Source of the DNA: Eubacteriales bacterium
GTDB taxonomy: Bacteria; Bacillota; Clostridia; Oscillospirales; CAG-272
Length of the DNA stretch: 64,000 nucleotides
Direction of reading: 5' to 3'
Assembly (NCBI GenBank): GCA_045632305.1
Contig: JAZQWL010000032.1
Location: 39,393 to 103,392, forward strand
This document shows positions 16,830-27,853 of the stretch, in pieces (position 1 is the stretch's first letter; the number at the start of each line of letters is the position of its first letter). Below the pieces are notes generated by a model. It ran no database searches, was not told where the DNA came from, and worked only from the letters and a program-made list of their open reading frames with translations. The position numbers and the translations under genes are program-made.

Positions 16830-18671
16830 TCAGTCTTTTCCTTTAAAGTAATCAATTATATTTTGAGCATCCGCACGGAAAATACCCTTAACCGAAAGAA
16901 GATCATCAAAGGATGCCTCCTTTACCTTCTGCAAGCCGCCAAAATGAGAAAGCAAGCTCTTCGCCTTAGTGTCTCCGATACCTGAGATCTTGGTAAGTGA
17001 TGATTTCTTGAGTGTCTTGCGCTTAGCGTTCTGCATTCGTGATACGGTAAAGCGGTGAACCTCTTCCTGTATGTTATATATAAAGGTAAACACCGCGTTT
17101 TCCTTTGCAATACTTATCTCTTCCTTATCAGTACAAAGAGCGCGCGTCTTGTGAAAATCATCCTTTACCATGCCGAAAACGGGTATATCCACCCCCATTT
17201 GATCGAGCATGGTGCGAACCGAAGAAACATGTCCTCTTCCGCCGTCAAGCAAAATAAGATCGGGATACTCGGAATATGAGCCCTCCCCGTCATCAAGATG
17301 TGAAACTCTTCTCGAAATTGCCTCACACATAGACGCATAGTCATCAGGAGTGTCGCTTACGCTCTTTATGTTGAAATATCTGTAGTCGGATTTCTTAAAT
17401 TTTGTGTTTTCAGTAACTATCATGCCCGCAGTAATATGCTCCGAGCCGATATTTGAAATATCATACGCCTCTATTCTTTCAGGATAGGTCTCAAGGCACA
17501 GAAGCTCGCAAAGGCGGACAAGAACGCTCTCGTCCTTCTCGTTCTGAATTTTATAATTCTTCGCCTTTTCCTCTGCATTATCGCGCACCATGTCGCACAA
17601 AGTCTTGAGCGCGCCGCGTTCGGGAGTTCTGACAATAACCTTATGTCCCGCAACAGAAGCAAGATATTCCGAAACTACCGCTCTGTCATCCTCGTCCATT
17701 TCAAAGGACAACAGTATCTCGCGAGGAATATATTGACGTATCTTGTAATGCTCGCAAATAAAAGAGCTTATATTCTCGCTATCAAGAATTCTATCCTGAC
17801 CGAAAACGTATTCGCTTCTGTCGGAAAGCTTACCGTCACGTATATAAAATACCGAAACGGCAGAAGAAAGATCGTCACAATAAAGTCCGATAACGTCATG
17901 CTCTGTATCAGGCGCAGCTACGACCTTCTGCTTTTCTGTCAGACGGTCAAGTGAAATAAGTACGTCACGGCACTTTGCCGCAAGCTCAAACTTTTCTTCT
18001 TCCGCATACGCGAGCATTTTCTCGGTAATTTCCTTTTTTACTGCACCCGTATTGCCCTTCAAAATGTCTGCTGCAAGCTTGATCTTAGCATTGTATTCTT
18101 CCTTCGTCACGCCTCCCGTGCAAGGCCCCATGCATCTGTTCATCTGATAGTAAATGCAGGGTCTGCTCTTCCCGATATCCCTCGGAAACTTGAGCTTGCA
18201 GGTAGGCAATCCAAGTGCCGACGAAAGCATATTTATGATTGAAAATACAGTCGACGTTCCCGAATAAGGGCCGAAATATTTCCCCTTATCGTCGGATCTC
18301 GTTCTTGTCATCATAAGCCGAGGGTATTCTTCGTTTGTAATTTTAATATAAGGATATTTTTTTGCATCCTTCAGTTTGATGTTATACTTGGGAGTGTACT
18401 GTTTTATGAAAGTATTTTCGAGTGTGAGCGCTTCCATTTCAGTATCACAGACATAATATTCAAAGTCGCAAACGGCAGAGACCATATTGAAGGTTTTTAC
18501 ATCCTTCTGGCTATTGCGAAAATACTGCGTAACACGGTTTTTTAGCTTTTTCGCCTTTCCAACGTATATTACGCCGCCCGACGCACCGCGCATAATATAT
18601 ACACCCGGACGCATAGGCAAGGTGTTCGCCTTTTCAAGCAAACGCTTCATATCGTTTTCGTTTCTTGGCAT
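16830..18671 (-). CDS. uvrC: Excinuclease ABC subunit C
   Basis: GIY-YIG N-terminus (GVYIMR...VIYVGKAKKLKNRV), UvrBC domain and C-terminal HhH. The start was moved to MPRNEN. Confidence 0.95.
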   Translation of the reverse strand: MPRNENDMKRLLEKANTLPMRPGVYIMRGASGGVIYVGKAKKLKNRVTQYFRNSQKDVKTFNMVSAVCDFEYYVCDTEMEALTLENTFIKQYTPKYNIKLKDAKKYPYIKITNEEYPRLMMTRTRSDDKGKYFGPYSGTSTVFSIINMLSSALGLPTCKLKFPRDIGKSRPCIYYQMNRCMGPCTGGVTKEEYNAKIKLAADILKGNTGAVKKEITEKMLAYAEEEKFELAAKCRDVLISLDRLTEKQKVVAAPDTEHDVIGLYCDDLSSAVSVFYIRDGKLSDRSEYVFGQDRILDSENISSFICEHYKIRQYIPREILLSFEMDEDDRAVVSEYLASVAGHKVIVRTPERGALKTLCDMVRDNAEEKAKNYKIQNEKDESVLVRLCELLCLETYPERIEAYDISNIGSEHITAGMIVTENTKFKKSDYRYFNIKSVSDTPDDYASMCEAISRRVSHLDDGEGSYSEYPDLILLDGGRGHVSSVRTMLDQMGVDIPVFGMVKDDFHKTRALCTDKEEISIAKENAVFTFIYNIQEEVHRFTVSRMQNAKRKTLKKSSLTKISGIGDTKAKSLLSHFGGLQKVKEASFDDLLSVKGIFRADAQNIIDYFKGKD

Positions 18672-18765
18672 ACCGATCGCTCCTTTCTTAGAATTCAAAC
18701 AAAAAAACAGCACGGAGATGCTACACAAGCAACCTGTCTCCGTGCCGAATTTGAAGGGTTAATAA

Positions 18766-19029
18766 TTATTCATTAAAACCGGCGTTTATGAGTGAAACAA
18801 GACCGTTAACAGCAGCTTCCTCATCATAGCCCTCAGCGATAAGTGTAATTGTCATACCCTTAGCTATACCGAGAGAAAGAACACCAAGCAAACTCTTTGC
18901 ATTAACTTTGCGTCCGTCCTTCTCAACCATAATGGTAGACTTATAGCAATTTGCCTTCTGAATAAAGAAAGTTGCAGGTCTTGCGTGAAGACCGCTTGCA
19001 TTTGTAATTACAACATCACAAGATTTCAT
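18766..19029 (-). CDS. ptsH: HPr-family phosphocarrier protein
   Basis: 87 aa with the His-15 context SGLHARPA and the Ser-46 context KSLLGV. The start was moved to MKSCDV. Confidence 0.85.
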   Translation of the reverse strand: MKSCDVVITNASGLHARPATFFIQKANCYKSTIMVEKDGRKVNAKSLLGVLSLGIAKGMTITLIAEGYDEEAAVNGLVSLINAGFNE

Positions 19030-19205
19030 ATATACACCTCTAAAACTAAAAATTAGATAAATAATCACATTATGATACACTATAAGTATATCAAAAAAGA
19101 AATATAAAATCAAGCGTCAATGTATAGTATATTTGATATAACGAGTAATGTTTTTTTGTAAAAAATGCACAAAAATTATTTGTTTTTCAGAATATGCGAG
19201 CCAAA

Positions 19206-19727
19206 TCAATAATTATTGATGGGCTCAATGCTTACAACAGAGACAGCAAACTCTGCGGTTTTCGTATGAACGGTGAAAATTGCGCCTTCAATTATGTTTT
19301 CATCACCTATAACGTAATAATTTCCCTTCGCCGCCTTCTTAGCGTTTCCGTTCATTTTAATTACACCCGTAAACTTCACAAATTTAAGATTACGGACAGA
19401 TCCGTCACCTGCCGCGGCGGGCTCCTCAGTCTGCTCCGAGGTGATTATCTCAATCGGCGCTTCCTTGCCCTCGGGAATACCGATATAACCCAATAGCTCA
19501 CCGTTACGAAGATATACCGCGTCTCCATCCTTGATGTAATTTACAATACTGTCATATTCCCCGTCGCATGCAAACGTGAGAACATACTCATTATTATAAC
19601 TGTTTTTATCCTCTGTAATACCCTTGTAAATTCTGAACACGAAAGTTCCTATCAGACAAAGTACAAGCAATACGAGGAATATATCGAAGGCATTTATCTT
19701 TACTCGGCTTTTTTTATTGTTTTCCAT
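19206..19727 (-). CDS. Membrane-anchored hypothetical protein
   Basis: Single N-terminal TM (IFLVLLVLCLIGTFVF) followed by a soluble domain. It resembles the next gene in layout. Confidence 0.5.
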   Translation of the reverse strand: MENNKKSRVKINAFDIFLVLLVLCLIGTFVFRIYKGITEDKNSYNNEYVLTFACDGEYDSIVNYIKDGDAVYLRNGELLGYIGIPEGKEAPIEIITSEQTEEPAAAGDGSVRNLKFVKFTGVIKMNGNAKKAAKGNYYVIGDENIIEGAIFTVHTKTAEFAVSVVSIEPINNY

Positions 19728-19744
19728 AATAAACTACCTCCAAA

Positions 19745-20338
19745 TCATTTGAATTTCAACACGCTAAGATCAACGATATCGCACAAAATCGCCATATTCT
19801 TGACACGTACGTTCATAGATCTGCCAACGGCGATCTTTTCATCGTCGATGCTATAGCCCTCATCGTCTCGGTACTGCGCGTCAGCGTGGATCTTTACGAG
19901 AACATAGCTTGTCTCTTCGGCAGAAGCAACCTCCACCTTATCATCCACCTCGATAATATTACCAAGATACACTGCAGAGCCATATCTGTCAATGTAAACG
20001 TTGTCTCCCTTGACAATACCTTCCGCCTGACTCTTATCTACAAGCAAAACGTACTCTACGGTTGCATTGTCGTAAGCGTCATCGAATTTAATAATAAGGA
20101 AATACGCGCCGACAACCAGAGCCGCAACCACAAGTATAAGAAGAATGGAAATGAAAATGTCGAGTCCTATCGGGAATTTACTCTTCTTGGTAAACACCGA
20201 GCTTACGTTACCGCGTACCTTACTGTATTTCTCGACAAAGTCATTATTGACCTTTGTAAATGCAGAATCGGAGGATTTTTCTCTGTCTGCCTGCTTTAAT
20301 CTTTCCTGAGATTCATCTTTGTTTTTTCTGTTTGACAT
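19745..20338 (-). CDS. Membrane-anchored hypothetical protein (same architecture as its neighbour)
   Basis: Charged N-terminus, one TM (ISILLILVVAALVVGAYFLI), then a soluble domain. Confidence 0.5.
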   Translation of the reverse strand: MSNRKNKDESQERLKQADREKSSDSAFTKVNNDFVEKYSKVRGNVSSVFTKKSKFPIGLDIFISILLILVVAALVVGAYFLIIKFDDAYDNATVEYVLLVDKSQAEGIVKGDNVYIDRYGSAVYLGNIIEVDDKVEVASAEETSYVLVKIHADAQYRDDEGYSIDDEKIAVGRSMNVRVKNMAILCDIVDLSVLKFK

Positions 20339-20340
20339 TT

Positions 20341-22356
20341 TTAACCCCTCTCTATGACATCTACTTCATTTTCGGTATCCTTCAATTTCGAATCCGAGAG
20401 ATACTGACCTGATTCCGAGCTGTATATCTGCGAGGATATAAGACCCGCGAAAAGCCAGAGCAAGAATCTCATCTGTACTTCATCAAAAATGCAGCTTACC
20501 GAACCGAGAATCAACGCTGTCATATAACCGCTTATCATTCCGAGCAACACCGTTTTCGAGCGGCGATTCTTTGGATTTATTACGTATTTCATACCGTGCT
20601 TCAGTAAAAGAACCGAGAACGCCACAAAAATCACAAGTCCAACAATTCCCGCCTCGCAAATCAATTGTACGTATGCAGTTGCGGGCGTCTCCGCATTTTC
20701 ACTTACAGGAGTTACATAAGGCGCCATAGCATTTCTGTACGCCTCACTTCCGCTTCCAATACCGAAAATATTGCCATCGGAAAGCATACGCCACGTATCC
20801 TTTACAATGTGAGATCGATATGCTGAAAGCTCGTCACTATCAGGGAAAAGCATCTCCACGGCCTCTCCGAATGTAGGAAGGTCGTTCACACCGAAATAGC
20901 CGGCAACTATTGGTATAATCATAAATACAAGTGATAAGCAAAGCAACACGATTATAATATTAGTCACCGACCGTGAGCTATGCAAAACAAGGTAAAGCGC
21001 AACTCCGATAAGAAGCGCGATCATAATTTCAAGAGTTCCGAAAAACGCAATACTGAGAACAACGGGAACGAAGCACAGAAGAAGCGCAACTACCGAATAT
21101 ATTCTCTTTTTATTGAAGCATTCGGCAATAAGAAGCGGTGAGAGCATTGCCGCCCACAAGCCGGGTATCTTGAGATTCTTGGTAGCTTCAAGCCCCGTGT
21201 GATCGAGAATTGAGCGGTAATCTGTTTCAAGCGACTGCTCAACGCCCTCGGAAATATTCATGAAATAAAGATTCAAGAACTGAAGGAATGCTATTATTAC
21301 AAGCGACGCCATGAGGATCTTTATACAGATCTTTCGTACGTCATCATTTTTCGTAAGATTTCCACCGAGGAAAAACGCTCCCCAAATAATAATTACGTTA
21401 TATACGGAATGAGTGAGAGCGGTACTTCCACCGGGAGAAAACATACCCGCTATTATCATGGAAATTCCAAGCAAAACCACCATAACACCCATAGCGGACA
21501 TATGAAAGGTTCTCTTTCCGCGTATGAGCTTAACGGTATAGGAAATTCCGGTAAGCAATACAAGCGCAAACAAGAGAAGATCAACATGCTCAATATACTG
21601 CAAAAACGGTAATATGAGGCAGGAAATAATCACACCGCCTTCGGGATACGAAAAAATAAGCACAACCGCAACAAAAACTATAAGCGCGGTCATAATGTAG
21701 ATGGGATTTACAAAATAAGTCAGCGCGCCAGCTGCCATTCCAAGGAAAGCAGAAAGAAGCATAAATGCTACGCCGCCTATTTTTTTCTGGTTCCAGAGCT
21801 TTTCCTCGGGGATACAGAAAAATCCCTTAGCAAGCTTCGACGCGGCTTTACCGCCGGCGAAAAGCTGAATTACAGATTTAGTTGACGATAAGAACGGTAT
21901 TGAGCAAACCACGAGAATGAGACCTACGATAAGTCCAATCTCTCCATCATAGGATGCATTGGGAATAACGTAAATAGCAATGAAATGCGTAATTACCGTG
22001 GCAATTCCGAATGTGGCAAAAAACATGCCGTAGACGCCTACGCTCATGGTTGTCAGCACTGTCACCAATGAACGTCCAAAACGTGCAAAAAATCCGTTTT
22101 CAAATACGTACGACAGCTTTTTGATAAATCCGTTCCGCTTGCGAAGCTTGGCCTTCATCGACACAAAGCTCTTTCTTATAAAACTGTTTTTAAAGGTCTC
22201 ACCGCTACTTGAAATAGCGCGACCAACCCACGACTTCATAAACAAAGCCGAAATGAAGCTGATAAGTCTTGTCAAATACGTAGCAAAAAAAGATCTTGAG
22301 CGTTTCTTTTTCTTGCCCTGACTTTGATTGACAGTCACTGCCTCACCTCCAAACAA
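20341..22356 (-). CDS. Large polytopic membrane protein, O-antigen-ligase/polymerase-like
   Basis: 671 aa with 12 or more predicted TM helices and a loop pattern resembling the Wzy_C/O-antigen ligase family. The assignment rests on architecture only. Confidence 0.45.
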   Translation of the reverse strand: MFGGEAVTVNQSQGKKKKRSRSFFATYLTRLISFISALFMKSWVGRAISSSGETFKNSFIRKSFVSMKAKLRKRNGFIKKLSYVFENGFFARFGRSLVTVLTTMSVGVYGMFFATFGIATVITHFIAIYVIPNASYDGEIGLIVGLILVVCSIPFLSSTKSVIQLFAGGKAASKLAKGFFCIPEEKLWNQKKIGGVAFMLLSAFLGMAAGALTYFVNPIYIMTALIVFVAVVLIFSYPEGGVIISCLILPFLQYIEHVDLLLFALVLLTGISYTVKLIRGKRTFHMSAMGVMVVLLGISMIIAGMFSPGGSTALTHSVYNVIIIWGAFFLGGNLTKNDDVRKICIKILMASLVIIAFLQFLNLYFMNISEGVEQSLETDYRSILDHTGLEATKNLKIPGLWAAMLSPLLIAECFNKKRIYSVVALLLCFVPVVLSIAFFGTLEIMIALLIGVALYLVLHSSRSVTNIIIVLLCLSLVFMIIPIVAGYFGVNDLPTFGEAVEMLFPDSDELSAYRSHIVKDTWRMLSDGNIFGIGSGSEAYRNAMAPYVTPVSENAETPATAYVQLICEAGIVGLVIFVAFSVLLLKHGMKYVINPKNRRSKTVLLGMISGYMTALILGSVSCIFDEVQMRFLLWLFAGLISSQIYSSESGQYLSDSKLKDTENEVDVIERG

Positions 22357-22368
22357 AATTAATTTAAA

Positions 22369-23076
22369 TTAATCACCGAGAAGATCGGGGCGCTTCGCCC
22401 TTGTGTCCTTCAACGCCTCTTCTTCCCTCCACTTATCAATATTTGCATGATGCCCCGATATAAGAACGTCGGGAACCTTTACACCGTGAAACTCATACGG
22501 TCTTGTATACTGCGGATATTCAAGCATGCCCGAAGAAATGCTTTCCTTTTCATAGCACTCGGGATCGGACAAAACACCGTCCACAAGACGCGAAACGCAG
22601 TCAGTTAAAATGCACGCAGGGATCTCGCCGCCCGTAAGCACGTAATCGCCGATCGAAATTTCCTCATCAACAATCTCATCAATAATTCTTCTGTCAACGC
22701 CCTCATAATGACCGCAGAGAATAATCAGATTGTCATACAAAGAAAGCTCCTCTGCCTTCTTCTGATTGAGAACTGTTCCCGCGGGAGACATATATATAAC
22801 TCTTCTTTTAAGCTCGGGCGTCCCCTCATTCGCCTGATTATCAAGTATCGCCTCATAGCAATCGTATATCGGCGGAGCCATCATAAGCATACCCTTACCG
22901 CCGCCGTACGGCGTATCGTCAACGCGTCTATGCTTATCCTTTGAATAATCGCGAATATTATGTAATCTTATGTCTATCTTACCGCTTTTTCTCGCTCTGC
23001 CGATCACGCTCTCGGAAAGAACGTAATCACAAAGATCGGGAAAGAGCGTCATTATATCAAATCTCATAAATCTCAA
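22369..23076 (-). CDS. trmD: tRNA (guanine37-N1)-methyltransferase
   Basis: FDIMTLFPD, YGGGKGMLM and GHYEGVDRR motifs. Confidence 0.95.
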   Translation of the reverse strand: MRFMRFDIMTLFPDLCDYVLSESVIGRARKSGKIDIRLHNIRDYSKDKHRRVDDTPYGGGKGMLMMAPPIYDCYEAILDNQANEGTPELKRRVIYMSPAGTVLNQKKAEELSLYDNLIILCGHYEGVDRRIIDEIVDEEISIGDYVLTGGEIPACILTDCVSRLVDGVLSDPECYEKESISSGMLEYPQYTRPYEFHGVKVPDVLISGHHANIDKWREEEALKDTRAKRPDLLGD

Positions 23077-23582
23077 TCCTTTATAAGTCCGGGAATCGTT
23101 TCGATGTACACACCGCTGTCAATATCAACCCTCTTTACGAACTCATCCACCACGGGAATAAGCTTTTCTCCCCACGGTGTGGATACAACGTAAATATCGT
23201 GCGCTCCGCGATTGATAACTTCCTTTACATTTCCGTACTTCTCACCGCTCGTATTGTCAATAACGGGCAAGCCCTCAATGTCCGCTATGAAATAAGTACC
23301 ATCGTCAAGCTCGAAATCCTCTCTCGAAGCGTAGACCGTAGTTCCCTTCAATGCAGCGGCAGCGTCAATATCGGAAATACCCTCAATTCCCATAATTACA
23401 AACTGCTTGAAAACAGATGCTCGTGTGATCTCCTTTTCAATATATTTATCACCCTTCTTCATGAAAACTCTCTCAAGAGACGCCAGCACCTCGGGAGAAT
23501 CACAAAGTGACTGAAGCTTAATTTCACCTCTTACACCATGGGTGTTTACAATTATTCCACATTCAAGATAATCTTTTCTCAT
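23073..23582 (-). CDS. rimM: 16S rRNA processing protein RimM
   Basis: GIIVNTHGVRGEIKL N-terminal motif and a PRC-barrel C-terminus. ATGA overlap with trmD. Confidence 0.9.
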   Translation of the reverse strand: MRKDYLECGIIVNTHGVRGEIKLQSLCDSPEVLASLERVFMKKGDKYIEKEITRASVFKQFVIMGIEGISDIDAAAALKGTTVYASREDFELDDGTYFIADIEGLPVIDNTSGEKYGNVKEVINRGAHDIYVVSTPWGEKLIPVVDEFVKRVDIDSGVYIETIPGLIKD

Positions 23583-23795
23583 AATTCACCTATAATTAAT
23601 TAAATATAAATATACATATTACATTATATCACAATAGTTTTGAAAATTCAAGCAAATTTGCATAATTTTATTTATTCGAAAAGAAAAAATCAACAAACCC
23701 GATCAATTTCAAAAAATTTACAATTACTTAACTAATGCAATGTTCTTTTGTTGTATAATAATCATTAGTGAAAATTATTATTGGAGGAAATATAA

Positions 23796-24116
23796 ATGAT
23801 CAACACTCTTATCACAAATACAACAGGTGGCGGCCTCGGCAGCATGCTCATGCTTATTTTGCCGATCGCATTATTGGTAATTCTCTTTGTGGTTTCCAGC
23901 CGTTCTCAGAAAAAAAAGGACAAGGAAATCGCAGACATGAGAAACAATCTTTCCATCGGTGACGAGGTAACAACTATCGGTGGCATCATCGGAAAGATCG
24001 TTAGCATCAAGGAAGAAACCTGCGTTATCGTTACATCCCGCGACAACACAAAGATCAGAATTCTCAAGAGCGCTATCAGCCACGTTGACGTAAAGGCAGA
24101 AGATTCTATCGACTGA
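23796..24116 (+). CDS. yajC: Preprotein translocase subunit YajC
   Basis: One TM, then QKKKDKE...GDEVTTIGGIIGKIVSI, as in YajC. Confidence 0.85.
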   Translation: MINTLITNTTGGGLGSMLMLILPIALLVILFVVSSRSQKKKDKEIADMRNNLSIGDEVTTIGGIIGKIVSIKEETCVIVTSRDNTKIRILKSAISHVDVKAEDSID

Positions 24117-24196
24117 TAATTTTCTGTAATATTAAAAGCTCCACGGACATATATTTTACTACGAAAGTAAATTATATCCGTGGAGTTTTTATATTC

Positions 24197-24664
24197 ATGA
24201 ACAAAAAGAACACTCAATTAAGTCAATACACGCCCAAAGCTTTTGAAAAAAAGCAAACAGACGGTGCAAGCTATCTCTTTTCCGCAATTATCGGATTTGC
24301 TATCTTCATGCTCTCGTTTATTGTTTTAAGCGTACTTGGGGCTATCATTATTTACAAAAATCCCGATCCAAACGTCCTTGTTCCCTTTGTTTCTACTATA
24401 TCAATGACTGTATCAGCCATCATTGGCGGTCTTATTACAGCTAAAAAATCCAAGGCGTCCCGATTTACCGCGTCTGTTCTGTTCCTCGCAACAGTAACGC
24501 TTGCCGTACTTATCGGAAGCGTGATAAATTTGAAATTCCGTGAAAGCACACCATTCTGGCAATCTCTTTTACTTAAGATGCCCGTTGTCCTCGGCGGCTT
24601 TTTCGGTTCTGTCATAGGTTCGGGAAGGAAAAAACAAAAATCGTTATATTCAAAATACAAATAG
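24197..24664 (+). CDS. Small integral membrane protein
   Basis: 155 aa with four hydrophobic helices and no recognisable motif. Confidence 0.5.
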   Translation: MNKKNTQLSQYTPKAFEKKQTDGASYLFSAIIGFAIFMLSFIVLSVLGAIIIYKNPDPNVLVPFVSTISMTVSAIIGGLITAKKSKASRFTASVLFLATVTLAVLIGSVINLKFRESTPFWQSLLLKMPVVLGGFFGSVIGSGRKKQKSLYSKYK

Positions 24665-24684
24665 GAGCTGTAGAATTACAGCTC

Positions 24685-26133
24685 CTATTTTTTTACTTTT
24701 ATTGTTTCCGCACCGATAACGTTTACACCTGACTCTCTGCATGCATCAACAAAGGAAATAACCTCACGAGTTATCTCCTCGCCGGGACACACGATTGGAA
24801 TACCGGGCGGATAACACATTATATAGTCAAGAGAAACGCAATTTTCACAGTGGGGGAATTCACGTATTTCAAAATCGCAACGTGCCACATCGGAAACCGT
24901 CATTTTAATACTTGGTTCAGGATATAAAAGCGTGTCGTTGCAAGCTTTATCCTTGACGCACCACTTATCAAAATTACAAAGTAATTCGGCAAGCTTGCGA
25001 ATCTTATCGGCATCATCCATAATTGACGTCATCAAAATAAGGTAATCTCGCGAGACCATCTCTGGCTCAAAACCGTTAAGACGTAAAAATTTAGCCAAAA
25101 TTTCGGCAGTAATTTTGTTTCCCGCAAAATCTACCAAGCTTCCGCAGAAAACATTTATCTTCCCTCTGTCAAAGGCAAAACAAGTTTTTTCTGTTGTCGC
25201 AGCTGCATATCCGATAACGGATATATTTTCAAGTGAAGCAATCCTGTTTTCAAATTCAGAAAGCATCTCGGTATATTCAAAGAAAAGCTCTCCACCGTGA
25301 TTTTTAACTATCGAAAGACACTTATCTATCGATGCGAGCAAAATATACGACGGACTGCTTGTCATAAAAATCGAAAGATAATGGCGTATCTTTTGATCAA
25401 GCTCGTCAGCCGCCCGAGAAAAGCTCAGGCAAAGCGCGGTCTGAGTAAGCGAAGGCAGAGTTTTATGCAAGCTAACAATGGCAATATCTGCATATCTGAT
25501 ATACGAATCGGGAATATACTCATTCTGTGTAAATCCAAGATGCGCGCCATGAGCACAATCAATAACTAAAAGCGCATTATGGGCATGCACCACATCCGCA
25601 ATTTCCTGAATGTTGGATATTACGCCCTCATAGGTTGGAGATGTCAGGACAACCACCGAAGCTTCGGGCTCTTTATTGAATGCATCTTCAACGTCGGCGG
25701 CGCTTACACTGCCAAATATACCGTATTCTTCAATGATTTCAGGGTAAATGTAGGTTGGCTCAAGCGAAAAAATCTCGATCGCGCTATACACACTTCTGTG
25801 CGACGCTCTTGATACGATGATCTTATTATTTTTAGCACATGCACCTATTGCGGAAATGATTCCCGCGGTCGAGCCGTTAACTAACGGGTATGCGCGCTTT
25901 GCTCCGTAAAGAGAAGCCGCGCTCTCTCCAAGCTCCTTAAGAATGCCCTCGGGCGCGTGAAGATTATCATATCCATCGATCTCCGTTATATCAAATTCGT
26001 AAGGAAGTCCGAGCTCATTGCCGTATTTCTGCATTTTAACGCTTCTTTTGTGCCCCGGCATGTGCATTGGATACTTCCCTTTTCCCTTTATTTCATAAAG
26101 CTTTTCCGTCAAATTAAAGTCCATATGTTTCAC
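24685..26133 (-). CDS. PLP-dependent Orn/Lys/Arg decarboxylase-family protein
   Basis: 482 aa with a fold-type-I pattern and the PLP-lysine context SLHKTLPS. Confidence 0.75.
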   Translation of the reverse strand: MKHMDFNLTEKLYEIKGKGKYPMHMPGHKRSVKMQKYGNELGLPYEFDITEIDGYDNLHAPEGILKELGESAASLYGAKRAYPLVNGSTAGIISAIGACAKNNKIIVSRASHRSVYSAIEIFSLEPTYIYPEIIEEYGIFGSVSAADVEDAFNKEPEASVVVLTSPTYEGVISNIQEIADVVHAHNALLVIDCAHGAHLGFTQNEYIPDSYIRYADIAIVSLHKTLPSLTQTALCLSFSRAADELDQKIRHYLSIFMTSSPSYILLASIDKCLSIVKNHGGELFFEYTEMLSEFENRIASLENISVIGYAAATTEKTCFAFDRGKINVFCGSLVDFAGNKITAEILAKFLRLNGFEPEMVSRDYLILMTSIMDDADKIRKLAELLCNFDKWCVKDKACNDTLLYPEPSIKMTVSDVARCDFEIREFPHCENCVSLDYIMCYPPGIPIVCPGEEITREVISFVDACRESGVNVIGAETIKVKK

Positions 26134-26134
26134 C

Positions 26135-26929
26135 TCACTTGACAGAATTGTAAAAATTCAAGGAGTCAAACCCTTGACCTAAATGCTCGAGAAGATACTT
26201 TTCACAAACCGACGCAAACGAATCAAGCTCTCGCTCATCCGTCAATTCAAATGCAAAAATCTTCAAAAAGCTAGACATCGCAACGTAACGAAGCGCCGCC
26301 AAAACCGAACCGGAAATCGGACACATGTCACTGACGTAATGCGTATATTCAAATTCATTAGATATCTTCGGAATTTTTTTGTTACGCTTATTCAAGCATT
26401 CGGGACAAATAAGCCGTCCTCCCGCAACGTCAAGATACATAAGCTCTCCCTCAAACTCCTTACAATAAGGACAAGCCGAAATTTCGGGCATATAACCCGA
26501 CATACACATAGCGCGGAATTCAAAAACTCCCTTGATCAGCTTAAGTGATTTCTTACCCTGGCAGATCAGGTGCAAGGAATTGAGCAGCATTCTCATTATC
26601 TCGTTGCCCTCGTAGTTTTCATCGGTAAGCTCGTTTGCAAGATCGCAAAGATAAGTACCAAGGGCAAGCGCAGCTATATCACGCGTAAGACCGTAAAAGC
26701 TCTCAATGATCGATCCGCTCTTGAGCCAATATGCGTCGTTTTTCTTATAAATTTCAAAATTGGCATAGGTAAAAAGCCCCGTCAGCGATGTGAGCTTGCT
26801 TGTCGGCGATTTCACACCCTTAGCCATAACGGGGATCCTTCCTTTTTCCGCTGTGATGATCCACAGCAGTTTATCGCTGTTGCCGTAGTTTGTAACCTTT
26901 GTAACTACGCCGTTTGTCGCGAATACCAT
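26135..26929 (-). CDS. recO: DNA repair protein RecO
   Basis: OB-fold N-terminus, a central Cys4 zinc motif (CPYC...CPEC), and position next to era. Confidence 0.85.
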   Translation of the reverse strand: MVFATNGVVTKVTNYGNSDKLLWIITAEKGRIPVMAKGVKSPTSKLTSLTGLFTYANFEIYKKNDAYWLKSGSIIESFYGLTRDIAALALGTYLCDLANELTDENYEGNEIMRMLLNSLHLICQGKKSLKLIKGVFEFRAMCMSGYMPEISACPYCKEFEGELMYLDVAGGRLICPECLNKRNKKIPKISNEFEYTHYVSDMCPISGSVLAALRYVAMSSFLKIFAFELTDERELDSFASVCEKYLLEHLGQGFDSLNFYNSVK

Positions 26930-26947
26930 AAAAAATCCTCAAAAATA

Positions 26948-27832
26948 TTATTCTTCGAAATAACCGAAATCAGTAATTCCTCTCTGGCTGTCTCTCCAGT
27001 TTTCCTTGACCTTTACCCAGAGATTGAGATAAACCTTCGCTCCGAAGATCTTCTCAAGATCTGCTCTCGCATAAGAGCCAACTCTCTTAAGCTCCTCGCC
27101 CTTCTTACCTACGATAATTCCCTTATGGGACGCCTTTTCGCAGTAGATCTCTGCTCTGATGCTGATAAGAGAATTCTCATCCTTGAAATCCTCAATAACT
27201 ACGGCAATACCGTGAGGCACTTCCTTGTCAAGTGTACGAAGGAGCTTTTCACGAATAACCTCTGCAGCTACCTGACGCTCGGACTGGTCGGTTACGATGT
27301 CCTCGGGGAAGAAAAAGTCGGATTCCGCAAGGAACTGCTCGCACTCACCTATTACCTCATCAACGCCCTTTCCGTTCTTTGCGGAGATCGGAATTACTGC
27401 GTCAAAATTGTGCTTCTGCGCAAATGCAGAGATGGTTTCCGCAATCTGCTCGCGACGGTAAAGGTCGCACTTATTAAGAACGAGAATGGAAGGAAGCTCT
27501 GCCTTCTTGGCGTAATTCATTACGTTTTCTTCAATTTCAGAAATCGGCTTTCCCGCGTCGACCACAAGAATAACTGCATCAGCATCGCCCATAGTGGAAT
27601 TTGCGGTCTTAACCATGTAGTCGCCAAGCGTATTTCTCGGCTTGAACATACCGGGAGTATCAAGGAAAACGAACTGATTCTCTTCAACGGTATGAATACC
27701 GATAATTCTGTTTCTCGTTGTCTGGGGCTTCGAGGATACGATTGCCACCTTCTCGCCGAGAATTGCGTTCATAAGTGTGGATTTACCTACGTTAGGTCTG
27801 CCTACAATTGCTATAAAACAAGTCTTTCTCAT
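26948..27832 (-). CDS. era: GTPase Era
   Basis: GRPNVGKST, DTPG and NKCD G-motifs plus a C-terminal KH domain. Confidence 0.95.
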   Translation of the reverse strand: MRKTCFIAIVGRPNVGKSTLMNAILGEKVAIVSSKPQTTRNRIIGIHTVEENQFVFLDTPGMFKPRNTLGDYMVKTANSTMGDADAVILVVDAGKPISEIEENVMNYAKKAELPSILVLNKCDLYRREQIAETISAFAQKHNFDAVIPISAKNGKGVDEVIGECEQFLAESDFFFPEDIVTDQSERQVAAEVIREKLLRTLDKEVPHGIAVVIEDFKDENSLISIRAEIYCEKASHKGIIVGKKGEELKRVGSYARADLEKIFGAKVYLNLWVKVKENWRDSQRGITDFGYFEE

Positions 27833-27853
27833 ATTTTTTCCTTCTGTCTGGGG